A DNA stretch of 64,000 nucleotides, from the NCBI GenBank assembly GCA_043732185.1, contig JAYTHY010000136.1:32001-96000 (forward strand), read 5' to 3'. A program made the position numbers and the translations under genes. The notes under the pieces were generated by a model. That model made no database searches, had not been told where the DNA came from, and saw nothing but the letters and a program-made list of their open reading frames with translations. Position 1 is the first letter of the stretch. Each line of letters starts with the position of its first letter. Shown one piece after another: positions 29,271 to 37,948 of this stretch. The DNA is from Fibrobacteria bacterium (lineage in GTDB: Bacteria; Fibrobacterota; Fibrobacteria; UBA11236).

Positions 29271-31550
29271 TCAAGCTAATTGAACAGCCTCAAGAAATAA
29301 TTCCAGCTGGGCCTTTACCTCTTCGGCCGAATGCAAATTGGCAATGTGGCGAAGTAGATTTTTGCAATCCTCCGTATCCAAGTTTCTAATCGCCATTCTG
29401 ATTGCATCTGCGGATGCCGGTGCAATGGAAAGTTTGGAAATCCCTAGCGCCAGGAAAATGGGTAAAGCCTGAGGATCAGAAGCCATTTCTCCACAAACCG
29501 TGATGTCTTTGCCGCCCGCATTGGCTGCTGTGGTAATGCGCATCAAGGCCTGAATCAAGGCGGGGTGGAATGGCTGATAGTAGGAGGCGATTCTTTCGTT
29601 GCCGCGATCGATTGCAAACAGGTACTGGATTAAATCGTTGGTGCCGATGCTGATGAAATCCGATTCTTGCACAAAATCTTTAATCTGCATCATGGCGGAC
29701 GGGATTTCAATCATGGATCCGATTGGCGGCCGACGGAATTTTTTTCCGGTTTCCATTTCCAATTCCTGGAGGACGGAGTCGATTTCGCCCTTGATGGCCC
29801 TAAGTTCCGTAATCAAGGACAGCATGGGAATAACCAGTCGGAATGGTCCGAGTTGGGCGGTTCGGAGCAATGCGCGCAGGTGTGGACGCAAAATGTCCGG
29901 TCGCTGCAAGAGCATGCGGATGGAGCGCCACCCCAAGCTGGGATTCTCTTCCTTGCCCCAATCGAAATACTTTAGTGGCTTATCACCGCCGACATCCAGC
30001 AATCGAAAAGTGGCACCATGTTCGCCGCATCGAGCCAAAACGCGGCTGTAAATTTCAAATTGGGTTTCCTCGTCCGGGAATTGGTTCCGGATCATGAAGA
30101 AAAATTCCGATCGGTACAGCCCCACGCCTTCAATGCCGTTTTGCTCCATGACTTCCAGGTCGGCAAAGAGCGAGAGATTGCCGGACAATTGCATTTTATG
30201 CCCGTCCCTGGTTTTGGCTTCAAAACCGGGAACGGACAATTGGCGGGTACCAAGGTCCTCCATGAGTCTGGCATATTCCCTCTGGACATGGACGTCAGGG
30301 TTGATATAGATGAGGCTGGAGTTGCCATCCATAATCACCCGGGTTCCATTTTCCAGGTAGGTGGTTAGACCGGGGATACCCATGAAGCAGGGGATACCCA
30401 AGGACCTGGCGAGAATCGCCGCATGGGACGTGATGCCACCGGTTTCGCAGAGTATTCCCGTGATTTTGCGCGTTGAGAGATAAATGAGATCGGAAGGCAG
30501 CAGCTCTATAGCAGCTATGATATTTCCCTCTTCCGCCTCAGCTTCAACGTTGCGGTTTTCTTTTACCTCGCCAAGTGCGTTTAGAATTCTTAGGCCCACG
30601 TCTCTAAGGTCAGCCGCCCGGGAAGATAACATGGCATTGCCGGATTCCACCATGGATTTCACAATTTCGCGGGTAGCTAATTTTACGGCAAACGGTGCGG
30701 CCATATTTTCCAGAATGTGGCCTTCGATGAGGCCGATATAATGGGGATCCGCTAGCATCAATTCATGCGTATCGAAAATCCGGGCATCGAGTTCGGCAAA
30801 AAGTTCTTTAGCTCTCCTTCTTAACCAGCGGCTTTCCTGCTTGGCAATTTCCAGGGCCTGGGCCAAGGTTTTCAGTTCGACTTGCGGATCCAGGCATTCT
30901 GTAAAAATGATCGTGTCCCAAACCTGATGGGTTTTGAGGATCATGGCGCGGCCATCGGCAATACCACCAACCGCCACATGGGCTCGGACAAAGGGCGGTG
31001 CGGCTTTCGGCACTTCTGGTTCGACCAAAGAAATGGGCCGCAGTGAATTTTTGAGGCTGCGGTTTTCCAGAAGGTTGCCGAGCTGGGCTGCCAAGGTATA
31101 GGCCAAGTCCTCGACCATGGGTGAAAAGGGATGGGCTTCCGTGGATTGCAAGGTGATGACACCGGCACCGTGCTTGGCCGCGGGAGGAATGGGAATACCC
31201 AGAAAATTTTTCAGGCGATCTTCACCCAGAGCCGGAAAATACTTATTGCGTGAATCGGCTTTGGGATTGGCAATGTTGACGATTTCACCGCTGCTGTAGG
31301 CAAAACCCGTCAAGCCTTCTCCCGGAACCATGCTGACTTCCGAGTCTGCACCCCGGTTCAACCCCTCACTGGCGGACAACCGCAGTTTATTGGTTTCCGT
31401 ATCAAAAAGGTAAATGGAACACACATCCACTTCCATCATATCAGAAATAAGTTTGACTACCGCTTCCAAAGCTGGGCGCGTAGTCGCGGACTCCTGCATG
31501 GTTTGCGCCACGGAGCGAATGATTTCCAGGGCTGTGGAGGCATCAGACAT
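29271..31550 (-). CDS. ptsP: PEP-protein phosphotransferase with N-terminal GAF domain (enzyme I-Ntr-like)
   Basis: GAF (VCSIYL, GEGLTG), TSHAAIL phospho-His, GLYRSE, EENPSLGWR, SIGTNDL, VCGEMA. ATG at 31550 chosen. Confidence 0.93.
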   Translation of the reverse strand: MSDASTALEIIRSVAQTMQESATTRPALEAVVKLISDMMEVDVCSIYLFDTETNKLRLSASEGLNRGADSEVSMVPGEGLTGFAYSSGEIVNIANPKADSRNKYFPALGEDRLKNFLGIPIPPAAKHGAGVITLQSTEAHPFSPMVEDLAYTLAAQLGNLLENRSLKNSLRPISLVEPEVPKAAPPFVRAHVAVGGIADGRAMILKTHQVWDTIIFTECLDPQVELKTLAQALEIAKQESRWLRRRAKELFAELDARIFDTHELMLADPHYIGLIEGHILENMAAPFAVKLATREIVKSMVESGNAMLSSRAADLRDVGLRILNALGEVKENRNVEAEAEEGNIIAAIELLPSDLIYLSTRKITGILCETGGITSHAAILARSLGIPCFMGIPGLTTYLENGTRVIMDGNSSLIYINPDVHVQREYARLMEDLGTRQLSVPGFEAKTRDGHKMQLSGNLSLFADLEVMEQNGIEGVGLYRSEFFFMIRNQFPDEETQFEIYSRVLARCGEHGATFRLLDVGGDKPLKYFDWGKEENPSLGWRSIRMLLQRPDILRPHLRALLRTAQLGPFRLVIPMLSLITELRAIKGEIDSVLQELEMETGKKFRRPPIGSMIEIPSAMMQIKDFVQESDFISIGTNDLIQYLFAIDRGNERIASYYQPFHPALIQALMRITTAANAGGKDITVCGEMASDPQALPIFLALGISKLSIAPASADAIRMAIRNLDTEDCKNLLRHIANLHSAEEVKAQLELFLEAVQLA

Positions 31551-31599
31551 ATTGACTTTGGAAGGAGTTACAGAGGGGATCGGGAATTGAGCCGGCGCA

Positions 31600-31893
31600 T
31601 CAATCCCATAGGATTCCCGGTTTTGCTTCGGGAAGTTTGTCCTTGTTCTTCTTGGCCCATTCAAACTTTTTATTCAGCAGATCCAGCCGGCCGTCTTCGA
31701 TTTTCTTGGCTTCATCAAATTTGGAAGCCAAATCTTGCGAGCGGGTTTTGTCCAATTTCATGAACTGTTCCAAACTGGTAGGCGCTTCCTTATGGGGAAA
31801 AAATTTAATGACCCCGCCCGTCGCTGCGTCCAGGATCAATTCGGCTTTGCAACAGGGACAGTCGAGTTTTATTTCCTTCGCATCCATACTCAT
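31600..31893 (-). CDS. Small hypothetical protein with CPCC motif
   Basis: MSMDAKEIKLDCPCCKAELILDAATG..., then a charged helical tail. Confidence 0.7.
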   Translation of the reverse strand: MSMDAKEIKLDCPCCKAELILDAATGGVIKFFPHKEAPTSLEQFMKLDKTRSQDLASKFDEAKKIEDGRLDLLNKKFEWAKKNKDKLPEAKPGILWD

Positions 31894-32073
31894 GCCCTTT
31901 TTAAGCAAATTTTCGGTGTCTTTAAGGTTTTCCGACAGCCCCGTCCATTCCCAATATACCCTTTTATAACCTATTTCGCACCCGGCTTTGGACAAAAATT
32001 CAAGCATCGGTGGGTCAAAACTCCGGTCTTTGAATTAAGCTGGTGTGATATCTATCCCGCATATATTTAAAAA

Positions 32074-33879
32074 TCAAAACTTCTCAATTTTGAAAATATG
32101 TAGGACCTCTTTTTGAGGATTTAATTCTACATAATTGTGACTGCCGGACCACACGAAACTCTCCTGCGTCAACAGATCAAAAACACCATAGATATTCTCC
32201 GCCTGCAGACCTATTTTTTGCAGATCAACGCTGACGATTCCCGCTTGCTGCTGGTTCGGGTCCAGGTTCACGACAAATAAGAGAATATTTTCTTCCATGT
32301 GCTTGGAGTACACGAGGATATTGGCATTGTTGCAGGTATGAAAATTAAGGTTTTTCAAACCATGCAAGGCTTGATTGGCGCGGCGGATTTCATTGACTGT
32401 GCGGATGAAATCCTTGATATTGCCGGGACGATTCCAATCCCATACCTTGTACTGATATTTTTCGGAATTGAGATATTCTTCCTTGCCTGGATACGGCACG
32501 TTTTCGCAAATTTCATATCCATTGTACATGCCATAACACCCGGACAAAGTTGCCGCCAGTGCGAAACGGATTTTAAAGGCAGCGGGAGGCGCGTTTTGCA
32601 GATGCCAGGGAAGAATGTCCGGAGTGGTTGGAAAGAAAATGGGTTTCATAAAATGTTTCGAGGGGCCTTGGGTCAATTCCTCGCAGTATTCCTGCAATTC
32701 TTCCGCACTTGTTCGCCAAGTGAAATAGGTGTAGGAAAGGTCAAAACCCAATTTTGCCAATCGCTTCATTACTTTCGGCCTTGTGAAGGCTTCGGCTAGA
32801 AAGATGATATTCGGATTTTGTTTTTTGATATCCGCGATCATCCATTCCCAAAACGCAAAGGGTTTGGTGTGGGGGTTGTCTACCCGGAAAAGGGTCACAC
32901 CCATTTCCATCCAGAATTCCACGATGGATTTTATTTCAAGCCATAACGCCCGGCTATCCTTGCAAAAGAAATTTAGGGGATAAACATCTTCGTAACGCTT
33001 GGGCGGATTCTCGGCGCATTTTATGGTTCCGTCTTTTTCTCGATAAAACCAATCCGGATGCGCCTTGACATAAGGATGATCGGGTGAACAATTGAGAGCG
33101 AAATCGAGTGCGATATGAAAACCCATGGCCTTACAGCTTTTGAAAAATGCACGACATTGGCTAAGGGTTCCCAATTCCGGATCCACGGCTTTGTGACCAC
33201 CGTGCGCATTACCGATGGCATACGGGCAACCGGGTTCCCCAGGCTTGGCCGTGAGGCTGTTGTTGACGCCCTTGCGTTTGGTGACACCGATGGGGTGAAT
33301 GGGCGGCAGGTAGAGGACGTCGAAACCCAAATCCTTGATGGCGGGAAGTCGGGCTGTCATTTCCTGAAAGGTGGCGCTTCGATTGGGATCGGTGCCTTGA
33401 GATTTTGCCCACATTTCGTACCAGGCACTGTACTGGGTCAAGGCCGAATCCACGCGCAGCGTTCCATAAGGACTAAAGACGCACGGGCTTTCCAGCTCCG
33501 GCTTGGATTTGCTGTCCGTGCTGGGCGCCGTGCTGGGTGCCGTTATAGCTTCGACGGTAAATTCATAATTGCCGGTGCCGGCTGCGGTAAACCGTCCGAG
33601 CCATGCATCGTTGTCGACAAAATGCATTGGAGTACGCTGCCAGGTATTCTGACCGACGCGCCGGTACAGGAGAGTCGCTACGCATTTTTCATGGCCACCG
33701 CGATAAATATCCGCCGTCACAGCAACGCTTTCTCCAGGTATGGCCTTGATGGGAAAGCGTCCGCCTTCAACCATAGGCTGAAGATTTTCCACAATCACAT
33801 GAATGGTTTGAATCTCAGGAAGTGGGATGGCTGGACTTTTTGCGGATTTTTTTTTCACACTTTTTTTACTGGCGACCAT
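32074..33879 (-). CDS. glgE: Alpha-1,4-glucan:maltose-1-phosphate maltosyltransferase (GH13)
   Basis: SAWYE, YLPPIHPIG, AENPPKRYED, FRVDNPHTKP, FLAEAFT, TPDIL, SEKYQ. Confidence 0.93.
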   Translation of the reverse strand: MVASKKSVKKKSAKSPAIPLPEIQTIHVIVENLQPMVEGGRFPIKAIPGESVAVTADIYRGGHEKCVATLLYRRVGQNTWQRTPMHFVDNDAWLGRFTAAGTGNYEFTVEAITAPSTAPSTDSKSKPELESPCVFSPYGTLRVDSALTQYSAWYEMWAKSQGTDPNRSATFQEMTARLPAIKDLGFDVLYLPPIHPIGVTKRKGVNNSLTAKPGEPGCPYAIGNAHGGHKAVDPELGTLSQCRAFFKSCKAMGFHIALDFALNCSPDHPYVKAHPDWFYREKDGTIKCAENPPKRYEDVYPLNFFCKDSRALWLEIKSIVEFWMEMGVTLFRVDNPHTKPFAFWEWMIADIKKQNPNIIFLAEAFTRPKVMKRLAKLGFDLSYTYFTWRTSAEELQEYCEELTQGPSKHFMKPIFFPTTPDILPWHLQNAPPAAFKIRFALAATLSGCYGMYNGYEICENVPYPGKEEYLNSEKYQYKVWDWNRPGNIKDFIRTVNEIRRANQALHGLKNLNFHTCNNANILVYSKHMEENILLFVVNLDPNQQQAGIVSVDLQKIGLQAENIYGVFDLLTQESFVWSGSHNYVELNPQKEVLHIFKIEKF

Positions 33880-35098
33880 GTTTTTCGATCAACTCCTGAT
33901 AAAATTGGTAAGTCTGCTTGGCCACTTGAGACCATGCGAAATGATCTTCCACGCGCTTTCTGGATTTTTTCGCCATCGATTGTCTTAGGTCCGCATTATC
34001 CAAGAGGGAATTGGTGGCATCGGCAAGGTCGCGGGAAAATTTATTTGCATCTTGCGGTTCGAAATCATTCGGGCCTTTAGCTTTGAACGGGACGAGCAGT
34101 CCGGTCTCGCCGTGTTGGACCACTTCGGTAATGCCACCAACGGCTGATGCGACTACCGGAGTCTCACACGCCATGGCTTCCAAGTTGATAATCCCAAAGG
34201 GCTCATAGACGGATGGGCAAATGAAAACGGCTGCATGGGTATACAGGGAAATGATTTCCCTTTTGGGCAACATCTGGGGAATCCAGATGATTTCATGATC
34301 GGAATCCTGTCGACTCGCTTCGACCTGGTTTTTCATCTCCACGCCTATTTCGGGCGTATCCGGCGCACCTGCGCAAAGCACCACCTGGGTACCGGGACGC
34401 AAATGACGAATGGCTTTAATGAGGTGTAGGACGCCTTTTTGTCGCGTAATGCGCCCGACATAGAGAATAAAAGGCATCGCGGGATCGATGCCATAGGCGC
34501 CAAGCAAGGCAGGATCATAGGTTGGATGGTACTCTTCCAAGTCGATGCCATTGGGAATGACCTTGATGCGATCCTGTTCCACACCGTACAGGTCATGCAC
34601 ATCTTTGGCCATTGAATTGGAAACCGCTATCACCCCGTCGGCGCTTTGATACGCCGTTCGCTCCAGCCAAGTTGAGACGTCGTAGCCTCTGCCAAGCTGC
34701 TCCACCTTCCAAGGGCGATGCGGTTCAAGGGAGTGGGTCGTTAGGACCAAGGGTATATTGAAAAGTTTTTGCAAGAGGCAACCGGCAAAATGCGTATACC
34801 ACGTGTGGCAATGCACAATTTCCGATTGCGTAACCGTGCCGGACATCATGATATTGCGCGCCAACGTATCCATAACTTTTGCAAATCTGGCGTTCTGGCT
34901 GGGCAGGGTAAAATCAGGTTTGATGCCTTGGGCGGAAAGTGTACCCTCCGCGAATTGCTGATCCCCAAAACACAATACCTCGACTAGGTTTTTAAGCTGA
35001 GGCATAGTAGCCAAGGCCTTGGATAGGTACTCTACATGCACCCCGGCGCCTCCGTATACGAGGGGGGGAAACTCATTGGAAAGCAAGGTGATTTTCAT
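33866..35098 (-). CDS. glgM: GT4 glucosyltransferase, GlgM/actinobacterial GlgA type (maltose-1-phosphate synthase)
   Basis: EFPPLVYGGAGVHV, HCHTWY, THSLEPHRPWKVEQLG, VGRITRQKG, YEPFGIINLEAM; adjacent to glgE. Confidence 0.85.
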   Translation of the reverse strand: MKITLLSNEFPPLVYGGAGVHVEYLSKALATMPQLKNLVEVLCFGDQQFAEGTLSAQGIKPDFTLPSQNARFAKVMDTLARNIMMSGTVTQSEIVHCHTWYTHFAGCLLQKLFNIPLVLTTHSLEPHRPWKVEQLGRGYDVSTWLERTAYQSADGVIAVSNSMAKDVHDLYGVEQDRIKVIPNGIDLEEYHPTYDPALLGAYGIDPAMPFILYVGRITRQKGVLHLIKAIRHLRPGTQVVLCAGAPDTPEIGVEMKNQVEASRQDSDHEIIWIPQMLPKREIISLYTHAAVFICPSVYEPFGIINLEAMACETPVVASAVGGITEVVQHGETGLLVPFKAKGPNDFEPQDANKFSRDLADATNSLLDNADLRQSMAKKSRKRVEDHFAWSQVAKQTYQFYQELIEKHGRQ

Positions 35099-35268
35099 TT
35101 ACGGGCCCATCAAAATAAGAATCTTCTTCGATATTACCTAAAAAAAGCGCCGCTGATAAGGACTTTGTAACCGAGTTGGAACTATTGCGCGTGGAATCCC
35201 GGTATAAAATCGGAGAAGGATTGGATAGCGGGCGTGCTTTTTTAAGTTTAACGGTTGGGATACCATAT

Positions 35269-37503
35269 ATGGCCAACCAATTGGAATCAGAAATCGAACT
35301 TAAATGCCGCCAATTGCAGGCTCAGAATGAGCGGCTTGGCAAGCAATTGTCCACCTTGATGGATGTTTTCGCCAAATTGGAAATCGCGGATCTTGAACAT
35401 TCCCTTTATTTTTCCAATCAAAAACGATTGATGGATTTTGTCCAGCGCATCACCATGCGACTGGATGACGATGACCTGATGGATGTGATTGTCGAGGAAT
35501 TGCTGATTGAATTAAAAGCGGACCGCGTGTCCTGCATCCTTGTCGGTGATGGGCCTAAATCTACCTGGGCCGTATCCAATGAGGCCGTGGATCGGGGCAT
35601 CAAGAGGCTGCCATTGCCCTATTTTGTCGACACCTCTCCACCGGCACCCTTTGTCCAGTTTCTGGAAAAAACTAAGAAACACCCGGGTATGCCCACCGCC
35701 TGTGAATGGCCAGAAGCCGTGGCCATTGTTCCCGATGCGGAACTCAGCGCCTTGGAAGAAGAGTTTCACGCCGCGTTGGAAGACGAATTCGACCTAGCCA
35801 GCCGTGTGGATTGCCGAGCGGCCATGGCCTACCCGATTGAAACTACTTTGTCGGGAATATCGGTTTTTTGCGTACAAAGGATCAACAGCGACCGGAGTTG
35901 GACGCGCCAGCAAAAAGATCTTTTCCAAAATATGTGCCGCTATGCCAGTTCACTCTTGGACCAAACCCAATTGTCTGAGCACATTCGCGACCTTAAGGAT
36001 CAGTTGGGATCCCTGATTGAATCCATGCCTTCTGCAATTATCGGAATGGATCTTTTGGGCACCGTTACTACCTGGAACGGCAAAGCACAGGAATTTTTCA
36101 CCATCGCAGAAGATGACGCATTGGGAAATGTTTTTTGGGATTTGGTTCCGGAGTACAATTTCATATCCCACGCCCTTAAGAACGTGATGCAGGTGGAATC
36201 GGGTACGGGGATGGACTTTGAGCCGCAACCGTATCGGCGCAAGGACGGAAGCGTCGTGTACTATCGGGCCAATCTTTTCACCATGTTCAGCCGGAACCGT
36301 GGGGAAGTGGCCCTCCGAATCGATGATGTCACCCGTACAGTGGAGTTGAACCACCAACTCTTTCATTCACAGCGCATGGAAACGGTGGGAACCCTAGCAG
36401 GCGGTTTGGCGCATGAGTTCAATAATGTATTGGGCGGCATGGTCGGAACCGCGTCATTGATGAAGCAAAGAGTGACGAAGGGTGACCTCAATTCCAAAAC
36501 CTTACTTGAGGATCTTGAGGTCATTGAATCCTGCACCTCCCGAGCGACTGTTATGGTCAAAAGGCTTCTCGCCCTCTCTCGTCGTGCCGAGATTGTCATG
36601 GAGCCTGTGGATCTAAACTCTATCGTTAAAAACCTGGTTACTTTGTGCGGCCATTCCTTTGAAAGTCGCATTCAAGTCCTTGCCAAAGTTCCGGCAACCG
36701 AAACCTGGATCCTGGCCGATCGATCGCAGCTTGAGCAGGCCATCTTAAATATCTGTGTCAATGCGCGCGATGCCATGAAATCTGGCGGTACCCTGACTCT
36801 TTCCATCAATGCGTACAAAGTGGATGATGCCTTCCGCCATAGGCATACCGCCAGCACGGATAAAGACATGATTTGCCTTAATATACGTGATACTGGTGAA
36901 GGTATTCCATTATCTACTTTGGACCAGATTTTTGAACCGTTCTTTACCACCAAACGCGAAAACGGATCTGGCCTTGGACTTACCATTGTCGATTCCATCA
37001 TGAAGCACCATAGGGGCTTTGTTGAAGTGGACAGCGACCCCAAATCAGGTACCCATTTCCGGCTTTATTTTCAGCCAGCGGCCCGAGCCGAAGGCATCGA
37101 GCCTGTATCGATGCTGGAAGCCCCTATGGGCAAGGGCGAAGTGCTTTTTGTGGACGATGACGAAGTGATGCGGCAAACGGCGGCGCGCATTATGGGCGAA
37201 CTTGGATACACCCCCGCTACGGCCGCAGACGGTGCATCTGCCATCCGCATTTTGGAAAATGGACTGCATTTTGACCTGGTGATTTTGGATGTGGATATGC
37301 CTGTAATGAATGGGCTTGATACGGCCGAGGTGCTTAGGCGCATCCGCCCGGAATTAAAAATATTGTTCTGCACCGGCCGCCAACATCAGTACGACATGGG
37401 TGCTGTGCTGGCCAAACCCAATACCTGGTTGCTTCTTAAACCCTTTGATATGACCCTTTTGGCCACCAAAGTACGCGAAGTGCTTGCGGAAAAAAGCGCT
37501 TAG
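35269..37503 (+). CDS. Hybrid sensor histidine kinase (GAF-PAS-HisKA-HATPase-receiver)
   Basis: GGLAHEFNN, NARDAM, DTGEGI, EPFFTTK, GSGLGL, receiver VDDD...LDVDMP...K. Confidence 0.93.
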   Translation: MANQLESEIELKCRQLQAQNERLGKQLSTLMDVFAKLEIADLEHSLYFSNQKRLMDFVQRITMRLDDDDLMDVIVEELLIELKADRVSCILVGDGPKSTWAVSNEAVDRGIKRLPLPYFVDTSPPAPFVQFLEKTKKHPGMPTACEWPEAVAIVPDAELSALEEEFHAALEDEFDLASRVDCRAAMAYPIETTLSGISVFCVQRINSDRSWTRQQKDLFQNMCRYASSLLDQTQLSEHIRDLKDQLGSLIESMPSAIIGMDLLGTVTTWNGKAQEFFTIAEDDALGNVFWDLVPEYNFISHALKNVMQVESGTGMDFEPQPYRRKDGSVVYYRANLFTMFSRNRGEVALRIDDVTRTVELNHQLFHSQRMETVGTLAGGLAHEFNNVLGGMVGTASLMKQRVTKGDLNSKTLLEDLEVIESCTSRATVMVKRLLALSRRAEIVMEPVDLNSIVKNLVTLCGHSFESRIQVLAKVPATETWILADRSQLEQAILNICVNARDAMKSGGTLTLSINAYKVDDAFRHRHTASTDKDMICLNIRDTGEGIPLSTLDQIFEPFFTTKRENGSGLGLTIVDSIMKHHRGFVEVDSDPKSGTHFRLYFQPAARAEGIEPVSMLEAPMGKGEVLFVDDDEVMRQTAARIMGELGYTPATAADGASAIRILENGLHFDLVILDVDMPVMNGLDTAEVLRRIRPELKILFCTGRQHQYDMGAVLAKPNTWLLLKPFDMTLLATKVREVLAEKSA

Positions 37504-37605
37504 CGAAATCTACCGACTTAACCATCCCCAGACTTTTTAATAGATTGTGAGAGTTGAGCTAAGCCAGTAATGGGCGACTCTTACCACAAAATAGGGAATG
37601 GATGT

Positions 37606-37938
37606 ATGGGTCTATCGGAAGAGGAAAAAGACCTGGTTGCCCAGTCGCTGCAAATGTATGTGCAGCAGGCGGCCCAGCAGCTGCCACCAGCCTCCGTACA
37701 GCAATTGCTTGCCATTGCCAAAGGCATTATCGCCAAACTGGATCAACTGGAAGTGGGCGGCGGTAAGAAGAAATCGGACGAACCTCCCCTCGGCATTTCT
37801 CAGGACTGGTTTGAAAAAGTGTGTCAGACTTGCACCTTTTTAACCGCTGCCGGTTGCACGGATAAAATCACGGTTAAATTTCCAGGCAAATGCGATCCCA
37901 TTCTAAAATACGAACGCGCCAAGGCCGGGGTAAAGTGA
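37606..37938 (+). CDS. Small hypothetical protein with four-Cys motif
   Basis: C-x2-C-x7-C-x11-C in the C-terminal half. ATG at 37606 chosen; 37570 is an alternative start. Confidence 0.7.
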   Translation: MGLSEEEKDLVAQSLQMYVQQAAQQLPPASVQQLLAIAKGIIAKLDQLEVGGGKKKSDEPPLGISQDWFEKVCQTCTFLTAAGCTDKITVKFPGKCDPILKYERAKAGVK

Positions 37939-37948
37939 TCCTCCGGTT

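Noticed and set aside
33115..34080. 321-aa plus-strand ORF
   Set aside because: Entirely antisense to glgE/glgM with no recognisable motifs; a shadow ORF.
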